From Eledone cirrhosa (taxonomy: Eukaryota), in assembly GCA_964016885.1 (NCBI GenBank), contig OZ024741.1:18538001-18602000 (forward strand): DNA of 64,000 bases, read 5' to 3'. Within the stretch, counting starts at the first letter, position 1. Each line of letters opens with the position of its first letter. A program made the position numbers and the translations under genes. Shown here in pieces: positions 39,400-52,900 of the stretch. The notes below the pieces were generated by a model. That model was not told the origin of the DNA and made no database searches. It saw only the letters and a list, made by a program, of their open reading frames with translations.

Positions 39400-42300
39400 G
39401 TATGTGTGTGTGTGTCTGTATCAGTATGTGTGTGTGTCTGTATCAGTATGTGTGTGTGTCTGTATCAGTATGTGTGTGTGTGTCTGTATCAGTATGTGTG
39501 TGTGTCTGTATCAGTATGTGTGTGTGTCTGTATCAGTATGTGTGTGGGTGTCTGTATCAGTATGTGTGTGTGTCTGTATCAGTATATGTGTGTGTGTCTG
39601 TATCAGTATGTGTGTGTGTGTCTGTATCAGTATGTGTGTATGTCTGTATCAGTATGTGTGTGTGTGTCTGTATCAGTATGTGTGTGTGTGTCTGTATCAG
39701 TATGTGTGTGTGTGTCTGTATCAGTATGTGTGTGTGTTTGTAACAGTATGTGTGTGTGTGTCTGTATCAGTATATGTGTGTGTGTCTGTATCAGTATGTG
39801 TGTGTGTCTGTATCAGTATGTGTGTGTGTGTCAGTATCAGCATGTGTGTGTGTCTGTATCAGTATGTGTGTGTGTCTGTATCAGTATGTGTGTGTGTCTG
39901 TATCAGTATGTGTGTGCATGTCTGTATCAGTATGTGTGTGTGTCTGTATCAGTATGTGTGTGTGTGTGTCGGTATCAGTATGTGTGTGTGTCTGTATCAG
40001 TATGTGTGTGTGTGTATGTATCAGTATGTGTGTGTGTGTCTGTATCAATATGTGCGTGTGTGTCTGTATCAGTATGTGTGTGTGTCTGTATCAGTATGTG
40101 TGTGTGTCTGTATCAGTATATGTGTGTGTCTGTATCAGTATGTGTGTGTGTCTGTATCAGTATGTGTGTGTGTGTCTGTATCAGTATGTGTGTGTGTGTC
40201 TGTATCAGTATGTGTGTGTGTCTGTATCAGTATGTGTGTGTGTCTGTATCAGTATGTGTGTGTGTGTCTGTATCAGTATGTGTGTGTGTCTCTATCAGTA
40301 TGTGAGTGTGTCTGTATCAGTAGGTGTGTGTGTGTCTGTATCAGTATGTGTGTGTGTCTATATCAGGATGTGTGTGTGTGTCTGTATCAGTATGTGTGTG
40401 CATGTCTGTATCAGTATGTGTGTGTGTGTCTGTATCAGTATGTGTGTGTGTGTCTGTATCAGTATGTGTGTGTGTCTCTATCAGTATGTGAGTGTGTCTG
40501 TATCAGTATGTGTGTGTGTGTCTGTATCAGTATGTGTGTGTGTCTATATCAGGATGTGTGTGTGTGTCTGTATCAGTATGTGTGTGCATGTCTGTATCTG
40601 TATGTGTGTGTGTGTCTGTATCAGTATGTGTGTGTGTGTCTGTATCAGTATGTGTGTGTATCTGTATCAGTATGTGTGTGTGTCTGTATCAGTATGTGTG
40701 TGTGTCTGTATCAGTATGTGTGTGTGTGTCTGTATCAGTATGTGTGTATGTGTCTGTATCACTATGTGTGTGTGTCTGTATCAGTATGTGCGTCTGTATC
40801 AGTATGTGTGTGTGTCTGTATCAGTATGTGTGTGTGTGTCTGTATCAGTATGTGTGTGTGTCTGTATCAGTATGTGTGTGTGTGTTTGTATCAGTATGTG
40901 TGTGTGTGTATGTATCAGTATGTGTGTGTGTGTCTGTATCAGTATGTGTGTGTGTCTGTATCAGTATGTGTGTGTGTCTGTATCAGTATGTGTGTGTGTG
41001 TCTGTATCAGTATGTGTGTGTGTATCTGTATCAGTATGTGTGTATGTGTCTGTATCAGTATGTGTGTGTGTCTGTATCAGTATGTGTGTGTGTGTCTGTA
41101 TCAGTATGTGTGTGTGTGTCTGTATCAGTATGTGTGTGTGTCTCTGTATCAGTATGTGTGTGTGTCTGTATCAGTATGTGTGTGTGTCTGTATCAGTATG
41201 TGTGTGTGTCTGTATCACTATGTGTGTGTATCTGTATCAGTATGTGTGTGTGTCTGTATCAGTATATGTGTGCATGTCTGTATCAGTATGTGTGTGTGTC
41301 TGTATCAGTATGTGTGTGTGTCTGTATCAGTATGTGTGTGCATGTCTGTATCAGTATGTGTGTGTGTCTGTATCAGTATGTGTGTGTGTCTGTATCAGTA
41401 TATGTGTGCATGTCTGTATCAGTATGTGTGCATGTCTGTATCAGTATGTGTGTGTGTCTGTATCAGTATGTGTGTGTGCATGTCTGTATCAGTATGTGTG
41501 TGTGTCTGTATCAGTATGTGTGTGTGTCTCTGTATCAGTATGTGTGTGTGTGTCTGTATCAGTATGTGTGTGTGTCTCTATCAGTATGTGAGTGTGTCTG
41601 TATCAGTATGTGTGTGTGTGTCTGTATCAGTATGTGTGTGTGTGTCTGTATCAGTATGTGTGTGTATCTGTATCAGTATGTGTGTGTGTCTGTATCAGTA
41701 TGTGTGTGTGTGTCTGTATCAGTATGTGTGTGTATGTCTGTATCAGTATGTGTGTGTGTGTCTGTATCACTATGTGTGTGTGTGTCTGTATCAGTATGTG
41801 TTTGTGTGTCTGTATCAGTATGTGTGTGTGTGTCTGTATCAGTATGTGTGTGTGTCTGTATCACTATGTGTGTGTGTGTCTGTATCAGTATGTGTTTGTG
41901 TGTCTGTATCAGTATGTGTGTGTGTGTCTGTATCAGTATGTGTGTGTGTCTATATCAGGATGTGTGTGTGTGTCTGTATCAGTATGTGTGTGCATGTCTG
42001 TATCTGTATGTGTGTGTGTGTCTGTATCAGTATATGTGCATGTCTGTATCAGTATGTGTGTGTGTGTCTGTATCAGTATGTGTGTGTGCATGTCTGTATC
42101 AGTATGTGTGTGTGTCTGTATCAGTATGTGTGCATGTCTGTATCAGTATGTGTGTGTGTGTCTGTATCAGTATGTGTGCATGTCTGTATCAGTATGTGTG
42201 TGTGTGTCTGTATCAGTATGTGTGTGTGTCTGTATCAGTATGTGTGTGTGTCTGTATCAGTATGTGTGTGTGTGTCTGTATCAGTATGTGTGTGTGTCTG

Positions 42301-44740
42301 TATCAGTATGTGTGTGTGTCTGTATCAGTATGTGTGTGGGTGTCTGTATCAGTATGTGTGTGTGTCTGTATCAGTATATGTGTGTGTGTCTGTATCAGTA
42401 TGTGTGTGTGTGTCTGTATCAGTATGTGTGTATGTCTGTATCAGTATGTGTGTGTGTGACTGTATCAGTATGTGTGTGTGTGTCTGTATCAGTATGTGTG
42501 TGTGTGTCTGTATCAGTATGTGTGTGTGTTTGTATCAGTATGTGTGTGTGTGTCTGTATCAGTATATGTGTGTGTGTCTGTATCAGTATGTGTGTGTGTC
42601 TGTATCAGTATGTGTGTGTGTGTCAGTATCAGCATGTGTGTGTGTCTGTATCAGTATGTGTGTGTGTCTGTATCAGTATGTGTGTGTGTCTGTATCAGTA
42701 TGTGTGTGCATGTCTGTATCAGTATGTGTGTGTGTCTGTATCAGTATGTGTGTGTGTGTGTCGGTATCAGTATGTGTGTGTGTCTGTATCAGTATGTGTG
42801 TGTGTGTATGTATCAGTATGTGTGTGTGTGTCTGTATCAATATGTGCGTGTGTGTCTGTATCAGTATGTGTGTGTGTCTGTATCAGTATGTGTGTGTGTC
42901 TGTATCAGTATATGTGTGTGTCTGTATCAGTATGTGTGTGTGTCTGTATCAGTATGTGTGTGTGTGTCTGTATCAGTATGTGTGTGTGTGTCTGTATCAG
43001 TATGTGTGTGTGTCTGTATCAGTATGTGTGTGTGTCTGTATCAGTATGTGTGTGTGTGTCTGTATCAGTATGTGTGTGTGTCTCTGTATCAGTATGTGTG
43101 TGTGTCTGTATCAGTATGTGTGTGTGTCTGTATCAGTATGTGTGTGTGTGTCTGTATCAGTATGTGTGTGTGTCTGTATCAGTATGTGTGTGTGTCTGTA
43201 TCAGTATGTGTGTGTGTGTCTGTATCAGTATGTGTGTGTGTCTGTATCAGTATGTGTGTGTGTCTGTATCAGTATGTGTGTGGGTGTCTGTATCAGTATG
43301 TGTGTGTGTCTGTATCAGTATATGAGTGTGTGTCTGTATCAGTATGTGTGTGTGTGTCTGTATCAGTATGTGTGTATGTCTGTATCAGTATGTGTGTGTG
43401 TGTCTGTATCAGTATGTGTGTGTGTGTCTGTATCAGTATGTGTGTGTGTGTCTGTATCAGTATGTGTGTGTGTTTGTAACAGTATGTGTGTGTGTGTCTG
43501 TATCAGTATATGTGTGTGTGTCTGTATCAGTATGTGTGTGTGTCTGTATCAGTATGTGTGTGTGTGTCAGTATCAGCATGTGTGTGTGTCTGTATCAGTA
43601 TGTGTGTGTGTCTGTATCAGTATGTGTGTGTGTCTGTATCAGTATGTGTGTGCATGTCTGTATCAGTATGTGTGTGTGTCTGTATCAGTATGTGTGTGTG
43701 TGTGTCGGTATCAGTATGTGTGTGTGTCTGTATCAGTATGTGTGTGTGTGTATGTATCAGTATGTGTGTGTGTGTCTGTATCAATATGTGCGTGTGTGTC
43801 TGTATCAGTATGTGTGTGTGTCTGTATCAGTATGTGTGTGTGTCTGTATCAGTATATGTGTGTGTCTGTATCAGTATGTGTGTGTGTCTGTATCAGTATG
43901 TGTGTGTGTGTCTGTATCAGTATGTGTGTGTGTGTCTGTATCAGTATGTGTGTGTGTCTGTATCAGTATGTGTGTGTGTCTGTATCAGTATGTGTGTGTG
44001 TGTCTGTATCAGTATGTGTGTGTGTCTCTATCAGTATGTGAGTGTGTCTGTATCAGTAGGTGTGTGTGTGTCTGTATCAGTATGTGTGTGTGTCTATATC
44101 AGGATGTGTGTGTGTGTCTGTATCAGTATGTGTGTGCATGTCTGTATCAGTATGTGTGTGTGTGTCTGTATCAGTATGTGTGTGTGTGTCTGTATCAGTA
44201 TGTGTGTGTGTCTCTATCAGTATGTGAGTGTGTCTGTATCAGTATGTGTGTGTGTGTCTGTATCAGTATGTGTGTGTGTCTATATCAGGATGTGTGTGTG
44301 TGTCTGTATCAGTATGTGTGTGCATGTCTGTATCTGTATGTGTGTGTGTGTCTGTATCAGTATGTGTGTGTGTGTCTGTATCAGTATGTGTGTGTATCTG
44401 TATCAGTATGTGTGTGTGTCTGTATCAGTATGTGTGTGTGTCTGTATCAGTATGTGTGTGTGTGTCTGTATCAGTATGTGTGTATGTGTCTGTATCACTA
44501 TGTGTGTGTGTCTGTATCAGTATGTGCGTCTGTATCAGTATGTGTGTGTGTCTGTATCAGTATGTGTGTGTGTGTCTGTATCAGTATGTGTGTGTGTCTG
44601 TATCAGTATGTGTGTGTGTGTTTGTATCAGTATGTGTGTGTGTGTATGTATCAGTATGTGTGTGTGTGTCTGTATCAGTATGTGTGTGTGTCTGTATCAG
44701 TATGTGTGTGTGTCTGTATCAGTATGTGTGTGTGTGTCTG
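39400..44740 (+). repeat. Dispersed duplication of about 1.6 kb at offset 3736 bp (39400-41000 vs 43140-44740)
   Basis: tttgtaacag ~39737/43473 and cagtaggt ~40318/44054. ORF starts 39750/43486 and 40492/44228. Confidence 0.85.
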
Positions 44741-47700
44741 TATCAGTATGTGTGTGTGTCTGTATCAGTATGTGTGTGTGTCTCTGTATCAGTATGTGTG
44801 TGTGTCTGTATCAGTATGTGTGTGTGTCTGTATCAGTATGTGTGTGTGTGCCTGTATCACTATGTGTGTGTATCTGTATCAGTATGTGTGTGTGTCTGTA
44901 TCAGTATGTGTGTGCATGTCTGTATCAGTATGTGTGTGTGTGTCTGTATCAGTATGTGTGTGTGTGTCTGTATCAGTATGTGTGTGTGTGTCTGTATCAG
45001 TATGTGTGTGTGTTTGTATCAGTATGTGTGTGTGTCTGTATCAGTATGTGTGTGTGTGCCTGTATCACTATGTGTGTGTATCTGTATCAGTATGTGTGTG
45101 CATGTCTGTATCAGTATGTGTGTGTGTGTCTGTATCAGTATGTGTGTGTGTGTCTGTATCAGTATGTGTGTGTGTGTCTGTATCAGTATGTGTGTGTGTG
45201 TCTGTATCAGTATGTGTGTGTGTGTCTGTATCAGTATGTGTGTGTGTTTGTATCAGTATGTGTGTGTGTCTGTATCAGTATGTGTGTGTGTGTCTGTATC
45301 AGTATGTGTGTGTGTGTCTGTATCAGTATGTGTGTGTGTTTGTATCAGTATGTGTGTGTGTCTGTATCAGTATGTGTGTGTGTCTGTATCAGTATGTGTG
45401 TGTGTGTATGTATCAGTATGTGTGTGTGTGTCTGTATCAGTATGTGTGTGTGTGTCTGTATCAGTATGTGTGTGTGTGTCTGTATCAGTATGTGTGTGTG
45501 TCTGTATCAGTATGTGTGTGTGTCTGTATCAGCATGTGTGTGTGTGTCTGTATCGGTATGTGTGTGTGTGTGTCTGTATCAGTATGTGTGTGTATCTGTA
45601 TCAGTATGTGTGTGTGTCTGTATCAGTATGTGTGTGTGTGTCTGTATCAGTATGTGTGTGTATGTCTGTATCAGTATGTGTGTGTGTGTCTGTATCAGTA
45701 TGTGTGTGTGTCTGTATCAGTATGTGTGTGTGCATGTCTGTATCAGTATGTGTGTGTGTCTGTATCAGTATGTGTGCATGTCTGTATCAGTATGTGTGTG
45801 TGTGTCTGTATCAGTATGTGTGTGTGTCTGTATCAGTATGTGTGTGTGTCTGTATCAGTATGTGTGTGTGTGTCTGTATCAGTATGTGTGTGTGTCTGTA
45901 TCAGTATGTGTGTGTGTCTGTATCAGTATGTGTGTGCATGTCTGTATCAGTATGTGTGTGTGTCTGTATCAGTATGTGTGTGTGTGTTGTATCAGTATGT
46001 GTGTGTGTCTGTATCAGTATGTGTGTGGGTGTCTGTATCAGTATGTGTGTGTGTCTGTATCAGTATATGTGTGTGTGTCTGTATCAGTATGTGGATGTGT
46101 CTGTATCAGTATGTGTGTGTGTGTGTCAGTATCAGCATGTGTGTGTGTCTGTATCAGTATGTGTGTGTGTCTGTATCAGTATGTGTGTGTGTCTGTATCA
46201 GTATGTGTGTGCATGTCTGTATCAGTATGTGTGTGTGTCTGTATCAGTATGTGTGTGTGTGTCGGTATCAGTATGTGTGTGTGTCTGTATCAGTATGTGT
46301 GTGTGTGTATGTATCAGTATGTGTGTGTGTCTGTATCAATATGTGTGTGTCTGTATCAGTATGTGTGTGTGTCTGTATCAGTATGTGTGTGTGTCTGTAT
46401 CAGTATGTGTGTGTGTCTGTATCAGTATGTGTGTGTGTGTCTGTATCAGTATGTGTGTGTGTGTCTGTATCAGTATGTGTGTGTGTCTGTATCAGTATGT
46501 GTGTGTGTCTGTATCAGTATGTGTGTTTGTCTGTATCAGTATGTGTGTGTGTGTATGTATCAGTATGTGTGTGTGTGTCTGTATCAGTATGTGTGTGTGT
46601 GTCTGTATCAGTATGTGTGTGTGTCTGTATCAGTATGTGTGTGTGTCTGTATCAGTATGTGTGTGTGTGTCTGTATCAGTATGTGTGTGTGTCTCTGTAT
46701 CAGTATGTGTGTGTGTGTCTGTATCAGTATGTGTGTGTGTGTCTATCAGTATGTGAGTGTGTCTGTATCAGTATGTGTGTGTGCGTCTGTATCAGTATGT
46801 GTGTGTGTCTATATCAGGATGTGTGTGTGTTTGTCTGTATCAGTATGTGTGTGCATGTCTGTATCAGTATGTGTGTGTGTGTCTGTATCAGTATGTGTGT
46901 GTGTGTCTGTATCAGTATGTGTGTGTGTCTCTATCAGTATGTGAGTGTGTCTGTATCAGTATGTGTGTGTGTGTCTGTATCAGTATGTGTGTGTGTCTAT
47001 ATCAGGATGTGTGTGTGTGTCTGTATCAGTATGTGTGTGCATGGCTGTATCTGTATGTGTGTGTGTGTCTGTATCAGTATGTGTGTGTGTGTCTGTATCA
47101 GTATGTGTGTGTATCTGTATCAGTATCTGTGTGTGTCTGTATCAGTATGTGTGTGTGTCTGTATCAGTATGTGTGTGTGTGTCTGTATCAGTATGTGTGT
47201 ATGTGTCTGTATCACTATGTGTGTGTGTCTGTATCAGTATCTGCGTCTGTATCAGTATCTGTGTGTGTCTGTATCAGTATGTGTGTGTGTGTCTGTATCA
47301 GTATGTGTGTGTGTCTGTATCAGTATGTGTGTGCATGTCTGTATCAGTATGTATGTGTGTGTCTGTATCAGTATGTGTGTGTGTGTCTGTATCAGTATGT
47401 GTGTGTGTCTCTATCAGTATGTGAGTGTGTCTGTATCAGTATGTGTGTGTGTGTGTCTGTATCAGTAGGTGTGTGTGTCTATATCAGGATGTGTGTGTGT
47501 GTGTCTGTATCAGTATGTGTGTGCATGTCTGTATCAGTATGTGTGTGTGTGTCTGTATCAGTATGTGTGTGTGTGTCTGTATCAGTATGTGTGTGTGTCT
47601 CTATCAGTATGTGAGTGTGTCTGTATCAGTATGTGTGTGTGTGTCTGTATCAGTATGTGTGTGTGTCTATATCAGGATGTGTGTGCGTGTCTGTATCAGT

Positions 47701-49904
47701 ATGTGTGTGCATGTCTGTATCTGTATGTGTGTGTGTGTCTGTATCAGTATGTGTGTGTGTGTCTGTATCAGTATGTGTGTGTATCTGTATCAGTATGTGT
47801 GTGTGTCTGTATCAGTATGTGTGTGTGTCTGTATCAGTATGTGTGTGTGTGTCTGTATCAGTATGTGCGTATGTGTCTGTATCACTATGTGTGTGTGTCT
47901 GTATCAGTATGTGCGTCTGTATCAGTATGTGTGTGTGTCTGTATCAGTATGTGTGTGTGTGTGTCTGTATCAGTATGTGTGTGTGTCTGTATCAGTATGT
48001 GTGTGTGTGTTTGTATCAGTATGTGTGTGTATGTATCAGTATGTGTGTGTGTGTCTGTATCAGTATGTGTGTGTGTCTGTATCAGTATGTGTGTGTGTGT
48101 CTGTATCAGTATGTCTGTGCATGTCTGTATCAGTATGTGTGTGTGTGTCTGTATCAGTATGTGTGTGCATGTCTGTATCAGTATGTGTGTGTGTGTCTGT
48201 ATCAGTATGTGTGTGTGTGTCTGTATCAGTATGTGTGTGTGTGTATGTATCAGTATGTGTGTGTGTGTCTGTATCAGTATGTGTGTGTGTGTCTGTATCA
48301 GTATGTGTGTGTGTGTCTGTATCAGTATGTGTGTGTGTCTGTATCAGTATGTGTGTGTGTCTGTATCAGCATGTGTGTGTGTGTCTGTATCGGTATGTGT
48401 GTGTGTGTCTGTATCAGTATGTGTGTGTGTGTCTGTATCAGTATGTGTGTGTGTCTGTATCAGTATGTGTGTGTGTGTCTGTATCAGTATGTGTGTGTAT
48501 GTCTGTATCAGTATGTGTGTGTGTGTCTGTATCACTATGTGTGTGTGTGTCTGTATCAGTATGTGTGTGTGTGTCTGTATCAGTATGTGTGTGTGTCTGT
48601 ATCCGTATGTGTGTGTGTGTCTGTATCAGTATGTGTGTGTGTGTCTGTATCAGTATGTGTGTGTGTCTGTATCAGTATGTGTGTGTGTGTATGTATCAGT
48701 ATGTGTGTGTGTGTCTGTATCAATATGTGTGTATGTGTCTGTATCAGTATGTGTGTGTGTCTGTATCAGTATGTGTGTGTGTCTGTATCAGTATGTGTGT
48801 GTGTCTGTATCAGTATGTGTGTGTGTCTGTATCAGTATGTGTGTGTGTGTCTGTATCAGTATGTGTGTGTGTGTCTGTATCAGTATGTGTGTGTGTCTGT
48901 ATCAGTATGTGTGTGCATGTCTGTATCAGTATGTGTGTGTGTCTGTATCAGTATGTGTGTGTGTCTGTATCAGTATGTGTGTGTGTGTGTGTCTGTATCA
49001 GTATGTGTGTGTGTCTGTATCAGTATGTGTGTGCATGTCTGTATCAGTATGTGTGTGCATGTCTGTATCAGTATGTGTGTGTGTGTATGTATCAGTATGT
49101 GTGTGTGTCTGTATCAGTATGTGTGTGTTTGTCTGTATCAGCATGTGTGTGTGTGTGTCTGTATCAGTATGTGTGTGTGTGCCTGTATCAGTATGTGTGT
49201 GCATGTCTGTATCAGTATGTGTGTGTGTCTGTATCATTATGTGTGTGTGTCTGTATCAGTATGTGTGTGTGTGTCTGTATCAGTATGTGTGTGTGTCTGT
49301 ATCAGTATGTGTGTGCATGTCTGTATCAGTATGTGTGTGCATGTCTGTATCAGTATGTGTGTGTGTGTATGTATCAGTATGTGTGTGTGTCTGTATCAGT
49401 ATGTGTGTGTGTGTCTGTATCAGCATGTGTGTGTGTGTGTCTGTATCAGTATGTGTGTGTGTCTGTATCAGCCTGTGTGTGTGTCTGTATCAGTATGTGT
49501 GTGTGCATGTCTGTATCAGTATGTGTGTGGGTCTGTATCAGTATGTGTGTGTGTGTCTGTATCAGTATGTGTGTGTGTCTGTATCAGTATGTGTGTGTGT
49601 GTCTGTATCAGTATGTGTGTGCATGTCTGTATCAGTATGTGTGTGCATGTCTGTATCAGTATGTGTGTGTGTCTGCATTAGTATGTGTGTGTGTCTGTAT
49701 CAGTATGTGTGTGTGTGTCTGTATCAGTATGTGTGTGTGTCTGTATCAGTATGTGTGTGTGTGTCTGTATCAGTATGTGTGTGTGTCTGTATCAGTATGT
49801 GTGTGTGTCTGTATCAGCATGTGTGTGTGTCTGTATCATTATGTGTGTGTGTCTGTATCAGTATGTGTGTGTGTCTGTATCAGTATGTGTGTGTGTGTCT
49901 TTAT

Positions 49905-52900
49905 CAGTATGTGTGTGTGTCTGTATCAGTATGTGTGTGTGTGTCTGTATCAGTATGTGTGTGTGTCTGTATCAGTATGTGTGTGTGTGTTTGTATCAGT
50001 ATGTGTGTGTGTGTATGTATCAGTATGTGTGTGTGTGTCTGTATCAGTATGTGTGTGTGTCTGTATCAGTATGTGTGTGTGTCTGTATCAGTATGTGTGT
50101 GTGTGTCTGTATCAGTATGTGTGTGTGTCTGTATCAGTATGTGTGTGTGTCTCTGTATCAGTATGTGTGTGTGTCTGTATCAGTATGTGTGTGTGTCTGT
50201 ATCAGTATGTGTGTGTGTGCCTGTATCACTATGTGTGTGTATCTGTATCAGTATGTGTGTGTGTCTGTATCAGCATGTGTGTGTGTCTGTATCAGTATGT
50301 GTGTGTGTCTGTATCAGTATGTGTGTGTGTCTGTATCAGTATGTGTGTGCATGTCTGTATCAGTATGTGTGTGTGTCTGTATCAGTATGTGTGTGTGTGT
50401 GTCGGTATCAGTATGTGTGTGTGTCTGTATCAGTATGTGTGTGTGTGTATGTATCAGTATGTGTGTGTGTGTCTGTATCAATATGTGCGTGTGTGTCTGT
50501 ATCAGTATGTGTGTGTGTCTGTATCAGTATGTGTGTGTGTCTGTATCAGTATATGTGTGTGTCTGTATCAGTATGTGTGTGTGTCTGTATCAGTATGTGT
50601 GTGTGTGTCTGTATCAGTATGTGTGTGTGTCTCTGTATCAGTATGTGTGTGTGTCTGTATCAGTATGTGTGTGTGTCTGTATCAGTATGTGTGTGTGTGT
50701 CTGTATCAGTATGTGTGTGTGTCTCTGTATCAGTATGTGTGTGTGTGTCTGTATCAGTATGTGTGTGTGTCTCTATCAGTATGTGAGTGTGTCTGTATCA
50801 GTATGTGTGTGTGTGTCTGTATCAGTATGTGTGTGTGTCTATATCAGGATGTGTGTGTGTGTCTGTATCAGTATGTGTGTGCATGTCTGTATCAGTATGT
50901 GTGTGTGTGTCTGTATCAGTATGTGTGTGTGTGTCTGTATCAGTATGTGTGTGTGTCTCTATCAGTATGTGAGTGTGTCTGTATCAGTATGTGTGTGTGT
51001 GTCTGTATCAGTATGTGTGTGTGTCTATATCAGGATGTGTGTGTGTGTCTGTATCAGTATGTGTGTGCATGTCTGTATCTGTATGTGTGTGTGTGTCTGT
51101 ATCAGTATGTGTGTGTGTGTCTGTATCAGTATGTGTGTGTATCTGTATCAGTATGTGTGTGTGTCTGTATCAGTATATGTGTGTGTCTGTATCAGTATGT
51201 GTGTGTGTGTCTGTATCGGTATGTGTGTATGTGTCTGTATCACTATGTGTGTGTGTCTGTATCAGTATGTGCGTCTGTATCAGAATGTGTGTGTGTCTGT
51301 ATCAGTATGTGTGTGTGTCTGTATCAGTATGTGTGTGTGTCTGTATCAGTATGTGTGTGTGTGTATGTATCAGTATGTGTGTGTGTGTCTGTATCAGTAT
51401 GTGTGTGTGTCTGTATCAGTATGTGTGTGTGTCTGTATCAGTATGTGTGTGTGTGTCTGTATCAGTATGTGTGTGTGTCTGTATCAGTATGTGTGTGTGT
51501 CTCTGTATCAGTATGTGTGTGTGTCTGTATCAGTATGTGTGTGTGTCTGTATCAGTATGTGTGTGTGTGCCTGTATCAGTATGTGTGTGTGTCTGTATCA
51601 GTATGTGTGTGTGTGTCTGTATCAGTATGTGTGTGTGTCTGTATCAGTATGTGTGTGTGTATCTGTATCAGTATGTGTGTGTGTCTGTATCAGTATGTGT
51701 GTGTGTGTATGTATCAGTATGTGTGTGTGTGTCTGTATCAGTATGTGTGTGTGTGTCTGTATCAGTATGTGTGTGTGTCTGTATCAGTATGTGTGTGTGT
51801 CTGTATCAGCATGTGTGTGTGTGTCTGTATCGGTATGTGTGTGTGTGTCTGTATCAGTATGTGTGTGTATCTGTATCAGTATGTGTGTGTGTCTGTATCA
51901 GTATGTGTGTGTGTGTCTGTATCAGTATGTGTGTGTATGTCTGTATCAGTATGTGTGTGTGTGTCTGTATCAGTATGTGTGTGTGTCTGTATCAGTATGT
52001 GTGTGTGCATGTCTGTATCAGTATCTGTGTGTGTCTGTATCAGTATGTGTGCATGTCTGTATCAGTATGTGTGTGTGTGTCTGTATCAGTATGTGTGTTT
52101 GTCTGTATCAGTATGTGTGTGTGTCTGTATCAGTATGTGTGTGTGTGTCTGTATCAGTATGTGTGTGTGTCTGTATCAGTATGTGTGTGTGTCTGTATCA
52201 GTATGTGTGTGCATGTCTGTATCAGTATGTGTGTGTGTCTGTATCAGTATGTGTGTGTGTGTTGTATCAGTATGTGTGTGTGTCTGTATCAGTATGTTTG
52301 TGGGTGTCTGTATCAGTATGTGTGTGTGTCTGTATCAGTATATGTGTGTGTGTCTGTATCAGTATGTGTGTGTGTCTGTATCAGTATGTGTGTGTGTGTC
52401 AGTATCAGCATGTGTGTGTGTCTGTATCAGTATGTGTGTGTGTCTGTATCAGTATGTGTGTGTGTCTGTATCAGTATGTGTGTGCATGTCTGTATCAGTA
52501 TGTGTGTGTGTCTGTATCAGTATGTGTGTGTGTGTCGGTATCAGTATGTGTGTGTGTCTGTATCAGTATGTGTGTGTGTGTATGTATCAGTATGTGTGTG
52601 TGTGTCTGTATCAATATGTGTGTGTGTGTCTGTATCAGTATGTGTGTGTGTCTGTATCAGTATGTGTGTGTGTCTGTATCAGTATGTGTGTGTGGCTGTA
52701 TCTGTATGTGTGTGTGTTTGTATCAGTATGTGTGTGTGTGTCTGTATCAGTATGTGTGTGTGTGTCTGTATCAGTATGTGTGTGTGTCTGTATCAGTATG
52801 TGTGTGTGTCTGTATCAGTATGTGTGTGTGTGTCTGTATCAGTATGTGTGTGTGTCTCTGTATCAGTATGTGTGTGTGTGTCTGTATCAGTATGTGTGTG

